DNA from: Gemmatales bacterium
Lineage (GTDB): Bacteria; Planctomycetota; Planctomycetia; Gemmatales; HRBIN36
Assembly (NCBI GenBank): GCA_041640595.1
Contig: JBEPZY010000001.1
Span: forward strand, 256,001 to 320,000
DNA length: 64,000 bases
Direction: 5' to 3'
Shown: piece by piece, positions 41,275 through 51,031 of the stretch
Position numbering within the stretch: the first letter of the stretch is position 1
Layout: each line of letters begins with the position of its first letter
Translations under genes and position numbers: made by a program
Notes under the pieces: model-generated
The model's input: only the letters and a program-made list of their open reading frames with translations
What the model was told of the DNA's origin: nothing
Databases searched by the model: none

Positions 41275-44200
41275 ATGATCCAGGTAGGCGACTGGGTGCG
41301 GATTGACCCGTATCCAGAAAAGGCGGAAGTCTTTGAAGTTCGGCAACAAGGTGGGCACGTGGTGCTGGGCATAATCTTCCTGGTCTCGCAAAAGGCGCAG
41401 CGAATGGTGTTCACGCCCGAGGAACTGGCGCAGAGAGTTCAGCGTCTGCCCAAACTCGGGGAGCGTTTCGAGCAAGACAGCTTGCGAACGCGTGAACCGT
41501 TCGTGCTTTTCCTGGAGGCGCTGCGCATGCGTCTGGCGTACACGTTTGATCCGCATTATGCGGTGAGCGTGACGCAGGTGGACCTGCTGCCCCATCAGGT
41601 GGACGCCGTCTATGGCCACATTCTGCCGCTGCCCCGCATTCGCTTCTTGTTGGCGGACGACCCGGGACTGGGCAAGACGATCATGGCGGGATTGGTGCTG
41701 AAGGAACTGAAGGTGCGCGGCGCAGTTCGTCGGACTCTGCTGGTGGTCCCTGCTCACTTGCAGGATCAATGGCAGCGGGAAATGCGCGACTGGTTCCGCG
41801 AGGACTTTGTCCCGCTGCGTCGGGAGCTATTGCAGAACCTGTACGCGACGGACTTTTTCGAGCGGCACGCTCAGGTGCTGGTGTCGTTGGATTTTGCCCG
41901 GCAGGTGGATGTCCGCGAGCTATTGGCGCGTCAGTCCTGGGACTTGCTGATTGTGGATGAAGCGCACAAACTGTCGGCGACCCGCTACGGGCAGAGAATT
42001 TTCAAGACGCAACGTTACCAGCTGGGCGAAGCCCTGGCCCCTCGGGCCACGCATCTGCTGTTGCTGACGGCCACGCCGCACAAGGGGGATGACGATGCGT
42101 ATTTCCTGCTGCTCAACCTGCTGGAGCCCCGTTTATTTGCAACGGCCGAGCATTTGAAGCAGGCAGCGCGCAGTGAGGGGCTTCCATTTGTACTGCGGCG
42201 TAGTAAGGAGCAGGTTACCGATCTGGAGGGACGCAAGCTGTTCCGCCGCCGCGAGGTGCAGAGCCTGGGTATCACCCAGAGCGAAGGGGAGAAGCAACTT
42301 TACGAAGCGGTCACCCAGTATGTCCGCCGCTGGTACGCTGCCGTTTCCGGCAAGACCGACCGGAAAAGTCGTAACGTGGCCCTGGCTCTGACGGTGCTGC
42401 AACGCCGACTTTCTTCCAGTCTGTTTGCTGTGCGGGAGTCGCTGCGTCGTCGCGGGGCCAAACTGCAGAATCTCCTGCAGGAATGGGAGCGTCGGCTCCA
42501 GGAGAACGAGTTGCCGGAATGGGACGAGGAGACCGAGCAGGACCTGGCCGAGATGACCTCCCAGGAGTGGGAAGGGTTTCAAGAGCGGCTGGAAGGAATC
42601 ACCGCTGCCCGGAACCCCGAGGAGTTGCGGGAGGAACTGGGCGAACTCAAGGAACTGCTTCGCCTGGCGCTGGAAGTGGAGAAAGCAGGTGAGGAAGCCA
42701 AAGTGCAGGAATTACGCCGCGTCATCGAGGAACGGTTGCGGCATCATCCCGACGAGAAGTTGCTGATTTTCACCGAATTCAAGGATACGCTGTCAGCGCT
42801 GGAGCAGAAAATCCGGAGCTGGGGCTTTCCTTGCGTGAGCATCCACGGGCAGATGTCGCTGGGGGACCGCATCGAAGCGGAGCGGCGTTTCCGGGACGAA
42901 GTGCAGGTGATGGTCGCCACCGATGCCGCCGGCGAGGGCATCAACCTGCAGTTCTGCCGACTCATGGTCAACTACGATCTCCCCTGGAACCCCAATCGGC
43001 TGGAACAGCGTATGGGACGCATTCATCGTTACGGACAGCAGCGGGATTGTTATGTCTTCAATCTGCTGTATCCCGAAACCCGCGAAGGCGAGGTGCTGCA
43101 GCGGCTCATGGAGAAACTGGAACGGATGCGAGAACGCCTGGGTGACAGCGTGTACGACGTGATCGGCACCTTGCTCGAAGGGGTGCGGCTGGAAGAACTC
43201 CTGATGCAGGCCATTGTCCAGGGCCCATCCGGCGAACTGGAGCGTGTCCTTGATGTGGACCTGGGGCAACGACTCGAGCAATACTGGCAAACGCTCCGGG
43301 AAAACGCCCTGGCTGGCCATTACATTGACCTTACCACCGTTCAGAAAAACGAGACGGACTCGCTCTTGCGTCGGCTGGTGCCCTGGGATGTCCAGCGCTT
43401 TACCCAACTGGCAGTGCCGACCGTGGGCGGGCAGATCAGCGAGGACCGTCGCCAACGCCAGGTCTTTCGCCTCAGCGTGCCCAGAGAGTTCCTCAAGCAA
43501 CACGGCCTGCAGAACGAGTCGTTCGCCCGTGGTCTGCGGATTGCCTTTCAGCGGGACGTGGCACGACGGGCCGATGCTGAGTTCTTCGCTCCAGGTCATC
43601 CCTTGCTCGAAGCCCTCACCGATCACTTCCTGAATAAGAACCGCCCTGTCCAGGCCATCCTGGTGGATGAGCAAGGGCGTAAGGGTACACTGTGGCTGTA
43701 TCGGGTTCGGCTGCAGGACGGTCGGAGCCAGGCGGTTCTGGAACGGTTACTGGCGTTGTTTCACGATCTGACCAGCGGCGAGATACGCGAAGTGGACCCC
43801 CGCATGGTCTGGGAGCTGGCCAGTCCGCCGGATCACCTCGACCTGCCCCCGAACCTGCCCAATCTCCTGGACGAAGCCAGTCAGCGAACTCGAGAGCACG
43901 TGCTCATTTGCCTGCAGGCGCTGCAACACGAAGCGCAACAGCGGCGGGAGCGGGAATGCACCATCAAGCACGACTGGCTGAACCGCTCCTACACGTATCT
44001 CATCGCCGAGTCCCAGGGCAAACTTATCGAGTACCACCAGCGCCAGCAAGCCGGCGAAGACATGGCCGTCGCTATCCGTCAGGAAGAGGAAAATCTCAAA
44101 GTCCTCCTACGCGAGAAGGACGAGCGTTTGAAAGAAATCGAAAAGGAGCGGCAAATCACGTTGCTGGAACCGGAGCTGGAAGCGGTCGCCCTCATCCTGC

Positions 44201-44616
44201 CCAAAGCCGCAGCCACTTCAGCTACGCCGGCCGAAGACGAAGAAATCAAGCGTCGGGTCGAAGAAGCCGGCATGCGGTACGTGATGGAACACGAACGCCA
44301 AGAGGGCCGTCAGCCCCAGGATGTCAGCCGTGAATTCCGCGGCTACGATATTGAGTCCCGGTCGGATTCGGAGGTCCGCTATATCGAGGTGAAATCGCTT
44401 GCGACAACCGGCCCCTGGGAGTTCACGGTCCACGAGTGGCAAGTCGCTGAGCGCCTGGGCGCCCGCTACTGGCTTTATGTGGTGGAGCATGCCCTCACCA
44501 AGCCCCGGTTGCGCCCCTACGATAATCCCGCCGCCCGCTTCAAGCCCAAGCTTGTCATGGGGGTAGTGAAGATGGTGGTGGAAGAATCGGAACAGGGGGG
44601 CGAAAATGACGCCTGA
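41275..44616 (+). CDS. SNF2-family helicase with C-terminal DUF3883 nuclease domain (system 1)
   Basis: LADDPGLGKT, VDEAHK, LTATPH, EGINLQ, EQRMGRIHRYGQ; GYDIES..YIEVKS. Confidence 0.92.
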   Translation: MIQVGDWVRIDPYPEKAEVFEVRQQGGHVVLGIIFLVSQKAQRMVFTPEELAQRVQRLPKLGERFEQDSLRTREPFVLFLEALRMRLAYTFDPHYAVSVTQVDLLPHQVDAVYGHILPLPRIRFLLADDPGLGKTIMAGLVLKELKVRGAVRRTLLVVPAHLQDQWQREMRDWFREDFVPLRRELLQNLYATDFFERHAQVLVSLDFARQVDVRELLARQSWDLLIVDEAHKLSATRYGQRIFKTQRYQLGEALAPRATHLLLLTATPHKGDDDAYFLLLNLLEPRLFATAEHLKQAARSEGLPFVLRRSKEQVTDLEGRKLFRRREVQSLGITQSEGEKQLYEAVTQYVRRWYAAVSGKTDRKSRNVALALTVLQRRLSSSLFAVRESLRRRGAKLQNLLQEWERRLQENELPEWDEETEQDLAEMTSQEWEGFQERLEGITAARNPEELREELGELKELLRLALEVEKAGEEAKVQELRRVIEERLRHHPDEKLLIFTEFKDTLSALEQKIRSWGFPCVSIHGQMSLGDRIEAERRFRDEVQVMVATDAAGEGINLQFCRLMVNYDLPWNPNRLEQRMGRIHRYGQQRDCYVFNLLYPETREGEVLQRLMEKLERMRERLGDSVYDVIGTLLEGVRLEELLMQAIVQGPSGELERVLDVDLGQRLEQYWQTLRENALAGHYIDLTTVQKNETDSLLRRLVPWDVQRFTQLAVPTVGGQISEDRRQRQVFRLSVPREFLKQHGLQNESFARGLRIAFQRDVARRADAEFFAPGHPLLEALTDHFLNKNRPVQAILVDEQGRKGTLWLYRVRLQDGRSQAVLERLLALFHDLTSGEIREVDPRMVWELASPPDHLDLPPNLPNLLDEASQRTREHVLICLQALQHEAQQRRERECTIKHDWLNRSYTYLIAESQGKLIEYHQRQQAGEDMAVAIRQEEENLKVLLREKDERLKEIEKERQITLLEPELEAVALILPKAAATSATPAEDEEIKRRVEEAGMRYVMEHERQEGRQPQDVSREFRGYDIESRSDSEVRYIEVKSLATTGPWEFTVHEWQVAERLGARYWLYVVEHALTKPRLRPYDNPAARFKPKLVMGVVKMVVEESEQGGENDA

Positions 44617-47600
44617 AGATCGCGTGCGTTTTCTCATTGAAAGGGCGATGCCGCTGCGGGAGTTGTCGGCGGAGGCGCGGCGGGAGAAGGCGATTCGCCA
44701 CGGGCACATCTCCACGCTGCATGTCTGGTGGGCAAGGCGGCCGCTGGTGGTCGCCCGCGCTGCTGTGCTTGGCGCCCTGCTGACCGACGAAGCTGACATC
44801 GCCCCCGATTTCGTCCAGAATCTCTGCCGCTGGGAAGTGCATGATGGCGATGCCGGCGGGCGTTCTCTGCTGAATGAGGCACGGGCGCTTGTGCGCCAGC
44901 GTTTCGGCTCGACGCCCCCGAAAGTGCTGGACTCGTTTGCTGGCGGCGGATCGATCCCGCTGGAGGCTCTGCGGTTAGGTGCCCAGGCCTTCGCCGTCGA
45001 ATACAACCCCGTCGCCTACCTCATCTTGAAGGCGACCATTGAGTTCCCACAACGGTTCAGGCAAGGGATTAGGGATGAGGGGCGAGGGACGAAGGAGGAG
45101 ATGCATCATGAGCATTCGGTCATATCAGGACCTGGCAATTTGGAAAAAGGCGATGCAATTGGTTGTTCAAGTGTATCACCTGACCAGGCGCTTCCCTCGG
45201 GAGGAAATGCACGGTCTGACCAGCCAAATGCGCCGAGCAGCAGTTTCCATACCCACAAACATTGCGGAAGGATGGGGGCGAGGGAGCAGGAAGGAATACA
45301 TCCAATTTCTGCGGATTGCCAGAGGTTCACTTCTGGAACTGGAGACCCTTCTGGCTATCTCCAGAAACCTTCGTTACCTGAGCCAAGAGGATATGCAGGC
45401 AAGACTGGCTCTGGTGGAGGAAATCAGCCGCATGCTCAGTGGGTTGATTGCGAGCCTGAAGAGAGGCATGAGGGCTTAGGGGCAGGGGTCAAATCTTCTC
45501 CCTCATCCCTCACCCCTCACCCCTCGTCCCTCACCCCTGCCCCCTCCCCCCTCATCCCTCACCCCTCATCCCTCACCGACGCTGTTCTTTTTTGGGGCAA
45601 CTGGGTGCTTGAGCAAGCACGAAGGGAATTATCGCCCTTCTATCCCTCTGTCGCCCCTCATCCCTCGCCCCTCACCCCTCATCCCTCGCCCGAAACGCCC
45701 ATCGCCTACATCTGGAGCCGCACCATTCGATGTCCGAACCCCGATTGTGGCTCGGAAATTCCGCTGTTCCGGCAGTTCTGGCTTGCTAGGAAAGGGACGA
45801 GGGATAAGGGACGAGGGACGAGGGATAAGGGACGAGGGGCGAGGAAGGAGATTGCGTTAGCCCCTGTCGTTGATAGAGAGCGAAGGTGCGTCAATTTCAG
45901 AATCGTGCAGCGTCAAGGGGATTCTTGGCAGGTCATCGATGATTCCTCGGAGAGGGATAAGGGACGAGGGATTGGGGGCGAGGAACGAGGGACGAGGAAT
46001 GAGGGACGAGGAATGAGAGACGAGGCGCCTCTTTTATCCCCCAACCCTCACCCCTCACCCCTCAGCCCTCATCCCTCACCCCTCACCCCTCACCCCTCCA
46101 CCCTCATCCCTAACTCCTTTGACCCATCAAAGGGCACCGTCAGCCGCGGGCATGCCGTCTGCCTGGTCTGCAACACCAGCGTTCGGGACTCCTACGTGAA
46201 GGCGGAAGCCCAGGCCGAGCGCATGGGGCATCGCCTCGTCGCCGTCGTGACCACCCGCGGTCGTGGGCATGGCCGCAACTACCGCCTGGCCACCGAAGAA
46301 GACCTCGCCGCCTTCCGCAAGGCCGAGCAAGCCCTGCAAAACCTCCTGCAAACCCCATCCCCTTGGGCTTTCGGGCTCAGTTGGGTGCCCGAGGAGCCAT
46401 CGCCCGGAACTATCGGACAAGGACCTTCGCAGCGGCCGAGTTATGGGATGACTACCTGGGGTAAGTTCTTCAATCCCCGCCAGTTGCTGGCGCTGTGCAC
46501 CTTCGGCAAGTGGGTGCGGGAAGCCTATCGGCAAATCCTGCGGCAAACCGACGACCCCGACTTCGCCAAAGCCGTCGCAACGTATCTGGCGTTTGCGTTG
46601 GATAAACTTGCGAATTGGCTGTCTTGCGTATCCCGGTGGGAAGTAACCTGGGAGATGCCTAAAGAGGCGCTAACTGGTCACAGGCTCGCAATGGTGTTCG
46701 ATTATGCAGAGGGCAACCCGACAACCGGAGATGTTGCTTCCTGGCCAAAAGCGCTGGGGTACCTAGATAGAGGTCTCCGAGCTCTTTCTTGGATGAAAAA
46801 TGTTGGAGCCGTAGTAAAGGGCTCGGCGGCCAGTTTGCCCTTCCCCGACAAGCATTTTGATGCCGTCATCATAGACCCGCCGTATGCCGACAATGTGCCG
46901 TATGCCGACCTTTCGGATTTCTTCTATGTCTGGCTGCGTCGGACAGTGGGCGACCTTTACCCGGAAGCGTTCGGCACCGAACTGGTGCCCAAAGAGGAAG
47001 AGGCGGTGGTCAACCCGGCGCGGTTTGGCGGGGGCAAGAAAGGGGAGGCGGTCGCCCGCCGCCATTACCAGCGGCTGATGCAGAAATCGTTTGCGGAAAT
47101 CTACCGCGTGCTCCAACCCGATGGCATGGCGGTGGTGATGTTCACCCACCGTTCGACCGAGGCCTGGGAACGCCTGATGCTGAGCCTCCTGGAGGCGGGG
47201 TTGTACCCGACCGCTTCCTGGCCGGTGCACACGGAGATGGAGGCCTCGACGCATCAGCGCGGCAAAGGAGCGATCCAGAGCACGATCCTGATGGCGTGTC
47301 GCCGCCGTCCGGAGAATGCCGGGGTCGGCTGGTACTCTCAGGTACGGGACGACCTCGAGCGGGTAATCCGGGAGCGGCTGGAAGCGTTCTGGCGAGCGGG
47401 CATCCGCGGGGCGGATTTCTTCGTTTCGGCCATCGGGCCGGCCGTCGGGGTCTTCGGCAAGTATCGCAAGGTCATGCACCCGGACGGCCGGGAAGTCACC
47501 GTCAGCGATCTGCTGGACGAAGCCCGGTCGCTGGTAACCCGGTTTGCCCTGGAACAATTACGCCTGTCCACGCTGGATGCTCCGACGCGCTTTTATGTGC

Positions 47601-48130
47601 TTTACCGGTGGGCCTACGGCGGGGCCGAGCTTTCCTTTGATGAAGCCAACAAACTCGCCAAGAGCGTCGGCGCGGAACTCGATGCCCTGGCCGGCGAGCA
47701 TCACCTGGTGGAACGCCGACAGGACAAGGTGCAGACGCCCGCCTTCGCCCGGCGGTTCCAGAACCTCGACTTTTGCAAACGCCTGCAGCAGGCGCTGGAT
47801 GATGGCCAGTTGCCACAGTTGCCCGAGATCGATCAGGTGCACCTGTTGCTGTACCTGTGGCGCAAAGGCGAGCGGGAAAATATCTCCGCCGTGCTCGGAC
47901 GTGCCGGCGTGATGAGCGAAGACCATCCGCTGTGGCGAACCGCCCAGGCACTTCTGGAAGTGCAGCAGAACGACCAGAAAGCCGACGAAATCGGCGAAGA
48001 GGTTACCGTCCTGGCGCAATTGCTGGGGAGCAAACGCGGTCTGTTACGCGAGGTCGAGCAGACCCACACCACCGCCTTGCAGCTGCAATTTTTCGACGAC
48101 ACCGTAACCCCCCGCCGCCGCAGACGCTGA
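44606..48130 (+). CDS. DUF1156 adenine-specific DNA methyltransferase (system 1) with four in-frame insertions
   Basis: LHVWWARRPL, DSFAGGGSIPLEA (motif I), CPNPDC/CLVC, IDPPYADNVPY (motif IV); 1174 codons without a stop. Confidence 0.9.
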   Translation: MTPEDRVRFLIERAMPLRELSAEARREKAIRHGHISTLHVWWARRPLVVARAAVLGALLTDEADIAPDFVQNLCRWEVHDGDAGGRSLLNEARALVRQRFGSTPPKVLDSFAGGGSIPLEALRLGAQAFAVEYNPVAYLILKATIEFPQRFRQGIRDEGRGTKEEMHHEHSVISGPGNLEKGDAIGCSSVSPDQALPSGGNARSDQPNAPSSSFHTHKHCGRMGAREQEGIHPISADCQRFTSGTGDPSGYLQKPSLPEPRGYAGKTGSGGGNQPHAQWVDCEPEERHEGLGAGVKSSPSSLTPHPSSLTPAPSPLIPHPSSLTDAVLFWGNWVLEQARRELSPFYPSVAPHPSPLTPHPSPETPIAYIWSRTIRCPNPDCGSEIPLFRQFWLARKGTRDKGRGTRDKGRGARKEIALAPVVDRERRCVNFRIVQRQGDSWQVIDDSSERDKGRGIGGEERGTRNEGRGMRDEAPLLSPNPHPSPLSPHPSPLTPHPSTLIPNSFDPSKGTVSRGHAVCLVCNTSVRDSYVKAEAQAERMGHRLVAVVTTRGRGHGRNYRLATEEDLAAFRKAEQALQNLLQTPSPWAFGLSWVPEEPSPGTIGQGPSQRPSYGMTTWGKFFNPRQLLALCTFGKWVREAYRQILRQTDDPDFAKAVATYLAFALDKLANWLSCVSRWEVTWEMPKEALTGHRLAMVFDYAEGNPTTGDVASWPKALGYLDRGLRALSWMKNVGAVVKGSAASLPFPDKHFDAVIIDPPYADNVPYADLSDFFYVWLRRTVGDLYPEAFGTELVPKEEEAVVNPARFGGGKKGEAVARRHYQRLMQKSFAEIYRVLQPDGMAVVMFTHRSTEAWERLMLSLLEAGLYPTASWPVHTEMEASTHQRGKGAIQSTILMACRRRPENAGVGWYSQVRDDLERVIRERLEAFWRAGIRGADFFVSAIGPAVGVFGKYRKVMHPDGREVTVSDLLDEARSLVTRFALEQLRLSTLDAPTRFYVLYRWAYGGAELSFDEANKLAKSVGAELDALAGEHHLVERRQDKVQTPAFARRFQNLDFCKRLQQALDDGQLPQLPEIDQVHLLLYLWRKGERENISAVLGRAGVMSEDHPLWRTAQALLEVQQNDQKADEIGEEVTVLAQLLGSKRGLLREVEQTHTTALQLQFFDDTVTPRRRRR
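45064..46110. repeat. Interspersed heptamer repeat tracts (GGGRYGA and its complement TCRYCCC) within the methyltransferase gene
   Basis: Purine tracts ~45064-45092, 45465-45488, 45793-45844, 45952-46024; pyrimidine tracts ~45500-45577, 45651-45691, 46036-46110. Confidence 0.9.
45108..45479 (+). CDS. Four-helix-bundle protein (23S rRNA IVP / Avd-like), nested in the +1 frame of the methyltransferase
   Basis: AGGAGG RBS at 45093-45098; SYQDLAIWKKAM..FPREEMHGLTSQMRRAAVSIPTNIAEG..FLRIARGSLLELET. Confidence 0.9.
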   Translation: MSIRSYQDLAIWKKAMQLVVQVYHLTRRFPREEMHGLTSQMRRAAVSIPTNIAEGWGRGSRKEYIQFLRIARGSLLELETLLAISRNLRYLSQEDMQARLALVEEISRMLSGLIASLKRGMRA

Positions 48131-48137
48131 ACCCTGT

Positions 48138-48380
48138 CCACCGCGACACCCCAACACGAGCAATCACCGCGAAAAACCTTAGTGCTCCCTGGTGCCTGAG
48201 CGGTTATAATACCGCAACAGGAAGGTACGGAACGCACGAAGGAACACCAACGAAATATGCGGTATCCCTTTGTGTCTTCGTGCCCTGCTGGTTAAAACTC
48301 AATTACGAAGACACCAGGACGCGAAGAAACCTCGAGAAAACCCTTCGTGTTGCGTGGTGTCTTTGTGTCCTGGCGGTTAC
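48138..48380. repeat. Three degenerate hairpin-forming units between methyltransferase and ATPase
   Basis: acgaagacaccaggacgcgaag ... cttcgtg..gtgtctttgtgtcctggcggtt; each unit ends in (c/t)ggtta. Confidence 0.55.
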
Positions 48381-48406
48381 AACCCTTCAGCGACGGGGGA
48401 AGAAGC

Positions 48407-51031
48407 ATGGCGAGGCAGTCAGCTCTGCGGGTCTGGGAGGTGTGCGAACCGCATCGGGATGTGTTTTCGCGTGATCCGGACCCATCGCTGTTCGCTATCA
48501 GTCTGCACCACGTGATGCGAGGCTCGGCGGATCGGGATTACACTGACCCGGAGCGCTTCTTCGCCCGGACCTGCATGACGCGAGCCCTGTCGAACTTGTT
48601 GCAGCGAGTGCTCGGTCGGCTGGCGGGTCAGGGTCGCGGGGCACCGGTGTTGCGGCTGGAAACGCCATTCGGCGGCGGCAAAACCCACACCATGACAGCC
48701 CTCTGGCATATCGCCCGGTACCCGGAAGTCTGCAGCGAGCAGGAATCGCTCCGACCCATCCTGGAGGCGTTGAACCTGCGCAGCGTTCCGAACGATCTCC
48801 GCGTGGCCGTGCTCGATGGCCGGGGACTTGACGCCCGCGAACGACGTACCGACGACGGATTGACCGTCCGCACCCTGTGGGGCGAGCTGGCGTATCAGCT
48901 CGGCGGTCGGACGGGTTATGAGATGCTGGCCGATGCCGACCAGACGCGGACCTCCCCCGGCGGGGCCTTGCTCACCGAGTTGCTCCGCCGCTATCAACCC
49001 GCGCTCATCCTTATGGACGAAGTGCTCGACTACCTCATCAAGGCCCGGGCGGTGTCGGTGGGATCGAGCAATCTGATGGAACAGACCGGCACCTTCCTGG
49101 GAGAACTGACCTCAGCCGTCAGCGCGGTCCCCCAGAGTGCGCTGGTGCTAGCGTTGCCCGCCTCCTCGCTGGAAATCCCCGCCGAGAACCAGGAATCCGC
49201 CGAACGGCTCTTCCAGTACGCCAAGAAAGTGCTGGGACGAATGGAACTGGTGGAGACGCCCGTCGCTCAGGATGAAGTGTTCGAGGTGCTGCGCCGTCGC
49301 CTGTTTCAACGGGTCGCCGAAGAACGCGACCGCAAAAAAGCTGTCGAGGCTTTCCGCGCTTACTACGAAGAGTATGCCCGCTTTTTCCCCGATCGGTTGC
49401 GGTCGCCGGATTATCGCGAGCGCATGCTCCAGGCCTATCCCTTCCATCCCGAACTGGTGGATTTGCTCTATGAGCGGTGGGGTCCGCATCCGCAGTTTCA
49501 GCGTACCCGCGGAGCGTTGCGGCTGCTGGCGCTGGTGCTGCGGCGGATCTGGCAGCAACGACCGGGTTCGGCGCTGTTGATTCAGCCCCACCATATTGAT
49601 CTCCATGACCGCCATATTCGCGGCGAAGTGGTGCGGCTGCTGGACAGCAGTTGGGAAGCTATTGTCACGGGCGATGTCCTCCGACGGGCGGAAGAACTGG
49701 AACGGCAATTGGGCGGCGAGTACAGTCGCGAACAACTGGCCCGAGGAACTGCCAGTGCCGCTTTTGTGTACAGCATCTCCGCCGCCACCCGCGATGTCGG
49801 CGCCACCGAAGAGGAAATCCGCACCGCTTTGCTCCGCCCGTCGATCAACCCGGCGATGGTCTCCGAGGTGCTCGGACGCTTACGCGAACGACTCTGGTAT
49901 CTTCGTTACCGCGACCACCGCTATTTCTTCACAGCCAAACCGAACCTGAACAAGGTCATCCTGGACTTTGAGAACGAAGTTACCGACGAGCAGGTCGAGA
50001 AAGCCCTGCGGGAGCGTATCACCCAGTGCACTGGCAAGGCTGGCGAGGGGTTTCAACTGGTGATCGCTCCGGCAGAGCCCAAACTCGTTCCCGACCGGGC
50101 TCAACCGACTCTGGTTGTCCTCCCGCCGGATGTCCACCAGCCGCAGCAGTGGATGGAACAAGCGGTTCAGGCCGCCGAAAGCGGTATCCGCGTCAACAAA
50201 AACATGCTCATCTTCCTCGTGCCGGAACCGACGCAAATCTCCGCTTTGCGATCCGCCATTCGTCGCTGGCTCGCCCTCAAAGCCGTCTCCGACTCCCATT
50301 CCTTCAAAGAAATGGACAGCGATGACCGGGAACAGGTGAAGTTGCAACTCAAGGACAAGGAAGCGGAACTGGAGGCCCTCCTCCGCCGAACCTACCAGGA
50401 GATTTACCGTCCCAGCAACGGCAGTGTCAAGCGCATCACCGGCATCGGCCCCGAAACCATCAAGGCCAAAACACTCGCTGCGTTCGTCGAGGAAACGCTG
50501 AGAAATAAAGGCGAGCTGGTGGATAGCGTCGCCCCGGAGTATCTCAAAGATGTGCTGCGGATCGACCAGCAACAGCAGGTACCGCTGGCACAGGTGAGCA
50601 ACCTCTTCACCGGCGTAACCAGCCAACCGGTGCTCAGGAATCCCGAGGAGGCGGTTCGCCGGACCGTTCAGCAGGGCGTGCAGCAGGGGCTGTTCGCTGT
50701 GCGTGTCGGCGAGCAGGTTTACTCGCGTCAGGAAGTGCCCGATGACATCCTGAAACGCAAGGACGTGGTGCTCGTCCCGCCACCTGATGATAAGAAGCAA
50801 CCACCTCCGCCGCCGGCCCAGCCTAAGCCCCTCACCCTGCGGGTGCGAACCAGCGCCAGCGTGTTCTATCCGATTACGGTTGTGGCTAAGCAGTTGCAGC
50901 AGTTGAATGACGCGACGATTGTGCTCGAAGTCCGCGACCCGTCGGGCAAACTGTCCACCATGCAGGCGGAGATCGACAAACTCGTGCGCGACTACGGTTG
51001 CACCTGTGAGTGGGTCTCATCTACTGAGTGA
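48407..51031 (+). CDS. DUF499 AAA+ ATPase (system 1)
   Basis: WEVCEPHRDV, LETPFGGGKTH, TLWGELAYQLG, ILMDE, AYPFHPEL, FQRTRGALRLL. Confidence 0.92.
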   Translation: MARQSALRVWEVCEPHRDVFSRDPDPSLFAISLHHVMRGSADRDYTDPERFFARTCMTRALSNLLQRVLGRLAGQGRGAPVLRLETPFGGGKTHTMTALWHIARYPEVCSEQESLRPILEALNLRSVPNDLRVAVLDGRGLDARERRTDDGLTVRTLWGELAYQLGGRTGYEMLADADQTRTSPGGALLTELLRRYQPALILMDEVLDYLIKARAVSVGSSNLMEQTGTFLGELTSAVSAVPQSALVLALPASSLEIPAENQESAERLFQYAKKVLGRMELVETPVAQDEVFEVLRRRLFQRVAEERDRKKAVEAFRAYYEEYARFFPDRLRSPDYRERMLQAYPFHPELVDLLYERWGPHPQFQRTRGALRLLALVLRRIWQQRPGSALLIQPHHIDLHDRHIRGEVVRLLDSSWEAIVTGDVLRRAEELERQLGGEYSREQLARGTASAAFVYSISAATRDVGATEEEIRTALLRPSINPAMVSEVLGRLRERLWYLRYRDHRYFFTAKPNLNKVILDFENEVTDEQVEKALRERITQCTGKAGEGFQLVIAPAEPKLVPDRAQPTLVVLPPDVHQPQQWMEQAVQAAESGIRVNKNMLIFLVPEPTQISALRSAIRRWLALKAVSDSHSFKEMDSDDREQVKLQLKDKEAELEALLRRTYQEIYRPSNGSVKRITGIGPETIKAKTLAAFVEETLRNKGELVDSVAPEYLKDVLRIDQQQQVPLAQVSNLFTGVTSQPVLRNPEEAVRRTVQQGVQQGLFAVRVGEQVYSRQEVPDDILKRKDVVLVPPPDDKKQPPPPPAQPKPLTLRVRTSASVFYPITVVAKQLQQLNDATIVLEVRDPSGKLSTMQAEIDKLVRDYGCTCEWVSSTE

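Noticed and set aside
45059..45577. Intein, or a diversity-generating retroelement, in methylase 1
   Set aside because: No Cys/Ser start with His-Asn end in the host frame; no reverse transcriptase or TR/VR pair seen in the window.
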